This document shows, piece after piece, positions 60,806 to 64,000 of a stretch of 64,000 nt of DNA. The position numbers were made by a program, and so were the translations under genes. The notes beneath the pieces are model-generated. The model made no database searches. It was not told where the DNA came from and was given only the letters and a program-made list of their open reading frames with translations. This stretch comes from Selaginella moellendorffii (Eukaryota; Plantae; Lycopodiophyta): contig NW_003314346.1 in the NCBI RefSeq assembly GCF_000143415.4, positions 245,950 to 309,949 of the forward strand, given 5' to 3'. Position 1 is the stretch's first letter. Each line of letters starts with the position of its first letter.

Positions 60806-61767
60806 GTTGTGATGATTTCAGTGTTTTGCAATGAGTTTACCGTTAATGGCAAAGCAGAATTCAAGAAATCGCGCATCTGATAGCAAAGGAGATGATGGCT
60901 AGATTGGGGTACTGGAGCAGGAGGAGATGCAAACCAGCAAATCAAGTAGCAGCAGGAGACGACAATCAAAGATTGATAGACCGGAAGCAGGAAAACTATC
61001 ATACTGGACGAAGAGGCTGCAGAGCTCCCGAAACCACAGTCGGAACACACTTCTGTCATACCAAACGTGTTCGGAACGCCCCTTCCAGTTGCCCAGCAGT
61101 CATCCCGGCGAACTTCACCATCAACTCTGGATACTATTTACATCCGTAGCTCGGAGTATGTGCAGGAACTGGTCAGAGCAGTTCTCTCCCCAGTACAAAT
61201 CCAAATTCAACTTCAAGCAGCAGGAGGACCACACAGCAGTCTGGATTTCCCTCTTCGATCTTCAGAACCACATAGACCTCAAGCATGTTGACTCGGCTTT
61301 GATCCTAAATCAGTTCATATCATTCAAAAACTGAAATGACGAAGAAAAAAAACACAAATCCATGCAACTGCAACAAGCCACGTCTTTTGAAGCTCTCGCT
61401 TTCTTCACAATAAGATCAACAGCACTTATTGTATCATTAAATAATGTGAAGGCTTTTCCTCCTGTCGATTCCCTTTTTTTTTGTTGGTTATCAACTGTTT
61501 CGACCAGATCTGAAAGAGCTACCAACGCTGTGTTCAGTATGTCATTTGAATCAGTCAGAATCTGAACATACATATTCATAAATGATCGTTCCTGTTGTTG
61601 CCATTGCAACTGGTTTTTGGAAGGTTCCGTCGCAGGTTTCTGTAAAGCACGGCTTCTTTTGCAACATTCCTTCCTTTACAACAACATAGGAGAGATCTGA
61701 GTGACTAGCGGTAGTTCTCGACTTAACAACTTGTTGGCCATCAGCCAGACATTCGAAAATTTTAGTT

Positions 61768-61839
61768 TGATCCGTGTTATTGTAGGCATGACACTGGACT
61801 CTGCATCCAGTATCTGGAGGTCAAATCTCGGCGGAACCT
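61768..61839 (+). pseudogene. Degenerate tRNA-Gln(CTG)
   Basis: GACACTGGACTCTGCATCCAG...TCAAATCTCGGCGGAACCT; 5' half decayed. Confidence 0.65.
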
Positions 61840-61944
61840 TGCAAATTTGCAAAATACTGACCACCGACGGCGTTGAAAGATTCCAGCACCGCTCGACAGT
61901 CCGTAATCGTAGATGATAAACCAAGCATCAAACTATGTCCAAAT

Positions 61945-62015
61945 GGTTCCGTGGTCAGTGGTAGTGACACTCGACTCTGAATCCAGTAACCTGAGTTCAA
62001 ATCTCGGTGGAACCT
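61945..62015 (+). tRNA. tRNA-Gln(CTG), possibly pseudogene
   Basis: GGTTCC...CTCTGAA loop...GAGTTCAAATCTC GGTGGAACCT; C:C mismatch in anticodon stem and altered D-arm. Confidence 0.75.
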
Positions 62016-63485
62016 TAATACTAAAAAAAGTTTTCTTTTCACAGAATTAACTTTTGCTCCTCTATATGCCGCCTCCTGCATAATCACTTGTTGATTTGGG
62101 ATTGTTCTCAACCACGTCTGTTTTTAGACGGACGTGCACTAAAACTCTTTCTTAAATTTACTGTGAGCTAAAGGTTTCGTGCCAAGGTATGATGTTCGTG
62201 CTAATTTTTCTATGGAATCCTCACCTTTCGTCGAGGCAGTGCTCAAGGTGGCCACGGACATGCCCCACTGCAAGCCCTCATCTAGCTAAGCTACTGGACA
62301 TCCTCGACAAGCAAAGGCTCTACTACAAGCTCGCTCCATCGTCCAGGTCAGTCCATTCCAGTTTGGATTCCATTTGACATCATCGCTCCTCCCAGATTGC
62401 CGGGCTCTCGCCGGTTGGAGCTCGGGCAGTCGCACATGTTTGATCTCCAGAGCAAGGGGTTCAACGTAGTGGGCGTTTCCTGGGAGAAGGGGTTCAACCA
62501 GGTGATCGAGCTGTCGGCCGAGATCCTGTCCACCGTCAAGTTCATCCCGGCTTACTTTGAGAAGATATGGGCAAGTTGAGTGGCGAGATCAGCATCAAGC
62601 ACCTCGATGAAAAGTCATTACTTCAAAAGGATTGCTTTTACTGTGGAGAAAAACATATATGTAAAGGAGTTACACAAGGAGTGCAATCTACCAGCGCTTT
62701 TTTCTTGAGGAATTTCAAGCTTCCTGGTTCTAATAAGTCAGGCTTGACCAGACTAACAGGAGGACCAGGGATGAGTAGATCTCTGCGATCCAATTCACTA
62801 AGTATGGATCCGATTTCGCCATCGGTTCTACTCCTGAAACACAGCTGATACAACCGCCTGCGCATCTAGAGATTGCTTTTGTGCTAAAGAGAAATCACCA
62901 ATAAGCACCTGATCCACGGCTTGCGCAACCTTGCTCCGCTTGGTATGGGCTTGAGTACAACGACGCCTCTGTGCTTTCCAGGTCAGGTCAGGGTAAACAA
63001 GGTCATGGGGAAGAAATGTGGGCTCGGAGCTTCCGAGAGGGGTTTCACGGTCTGAGATGGTGCCAGCATCGGAGATTTGAATGCAAAGTTTGAGGAGCCA
63101 GTTTCTGTGTTTGATGCAGTCAAATTTGCAGTGGATGAGTACTACAACGACATGGTGACAAGGATTGCGATTTTTGGGTGCAACGAGGAAACTGCACGTG
63201 CTGCTATGACTAATCTTGAAAATCAATTGAAGTGCGATTGTCTGTGGGACAATTAAAGGATTCTCTACTTTCATGATCCAAGGTAGAATTGTGCATGTGG
63301 GGAGAATGGTGAGCACCGGGGAGTACGTAATTGGCGATCCCCACCAATGGGTTCCCAGTGATTGTGTATTCACTGGTTTTGGTGGGCCGAGGTGTGCGGA
63401 ATCCTTCATAGGATGGAGCTACTCCCAGGTAGTGGCAGCCGCAGCCCAATCGATCAAATCAAGCTTCTCTCTCCGGTTCTGTGGG

Positions 63486-64000
63486 TGTTAGGATCCTATC
63501 CCTTACACCCTAAACCAACTGGTTAAAGGGGTGATCACTTGATTGCAGGGCCCTTTCTTTATCCTATTATCCTGACTTGGTGCCTAACAATCCTCCCCTC
63601 GTCAGAGAATGATCGTCCGCGATCATACTTAGGCCCATGGTCTTTCTCTTAGGGTCTACCAAACCTTGGTTCTCCCTCTAGATCCACCATGTTAAATATT
63701 CCTTCAGAATATTCTTGTCCCACTTGTCAGCCACGAGAATCAAACTGGGCTCCGATACCAATATTAGGATCCTCTCCCTTACACCCTAAGCCAACTGGCT
63801 AAAGGGGTGATCACTTGATTGTAGGGCCTTTTCTTTATCCTATTATCCTAACCTGGTGCCTAACAATCCTCCCCCTCATCAGGGAATGATCGTCCGCGAT
63901 TATACTTAGGCCACCATCCGGTCACCATGGTCCTTCTCTTAGGGTCTACCAAACCTTGGTTCTCCATCTAGATCCACCATGTTGAATATTCCTTCAGAAT
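63486..64000 (-). mobile_element. Tandem-array TRIM (104-bp LTRs 63486-63589 and 63762-63865, ~172-bp internal region), runs off window end
   Basis: TGTTAGG...CCTAACA LTRs; PBS TGGTATCGGAGC (rc 63749-63760); PPT AGGGGAGGAT (rc 63590-63599); internal region repeats after the second LTR. Confidence 0.88.

Noticed and set aside
60830-63480. GC-richer fragments that look like gene remnants
   Set aside because: Short, frameshifted and not assignable to any family by eye

Overview
Eukaryotic (land-plant) nuclear DNA dominated by nested transposable elements. The very short (~40-60 nt) GT-AG introns, chromoviruses, teloboxes and a Crinkler-like gene fit a non-seed plant such as Selaginella (inference). 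From left to right: the 3' end of a chromodomain Ty3/gypsy element whose integrase is split by two apparent spliceosomal introns (1-3314); a multi-exon ParB-like/MTase-like/NIF-phosphatase (pseudo)gene with a 22-bp palindrome repeated in its introns (4838-10439); decayed gypsy elements and nested solo LTRs; a full-length degenerate chromovirus (25291-42162) whose 5' LTR contains a 9.2-kb Mutator-like transposon with a 9-bp TSD (26136-35344); a hAT pseudogene with a solo LTR; further Mutator copies; an intact Crinkler/RHS-type NTPase gene; two tRNA-Gln(CTG)-like copies; and a tandem TRIM. Main finding: the Mutator family carries, opposite its transposase, a cargo gene for a ParB-like domain plus a prokaryote-type N6A/N4C DNA methyltransferase fold, with parS-like palindrome arrays in its own first intron. 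An unrelated gene in the same window has a similar ParB plus intronic-palindrome layout. All domain calls come from motif recognition by eye; no searches were run.
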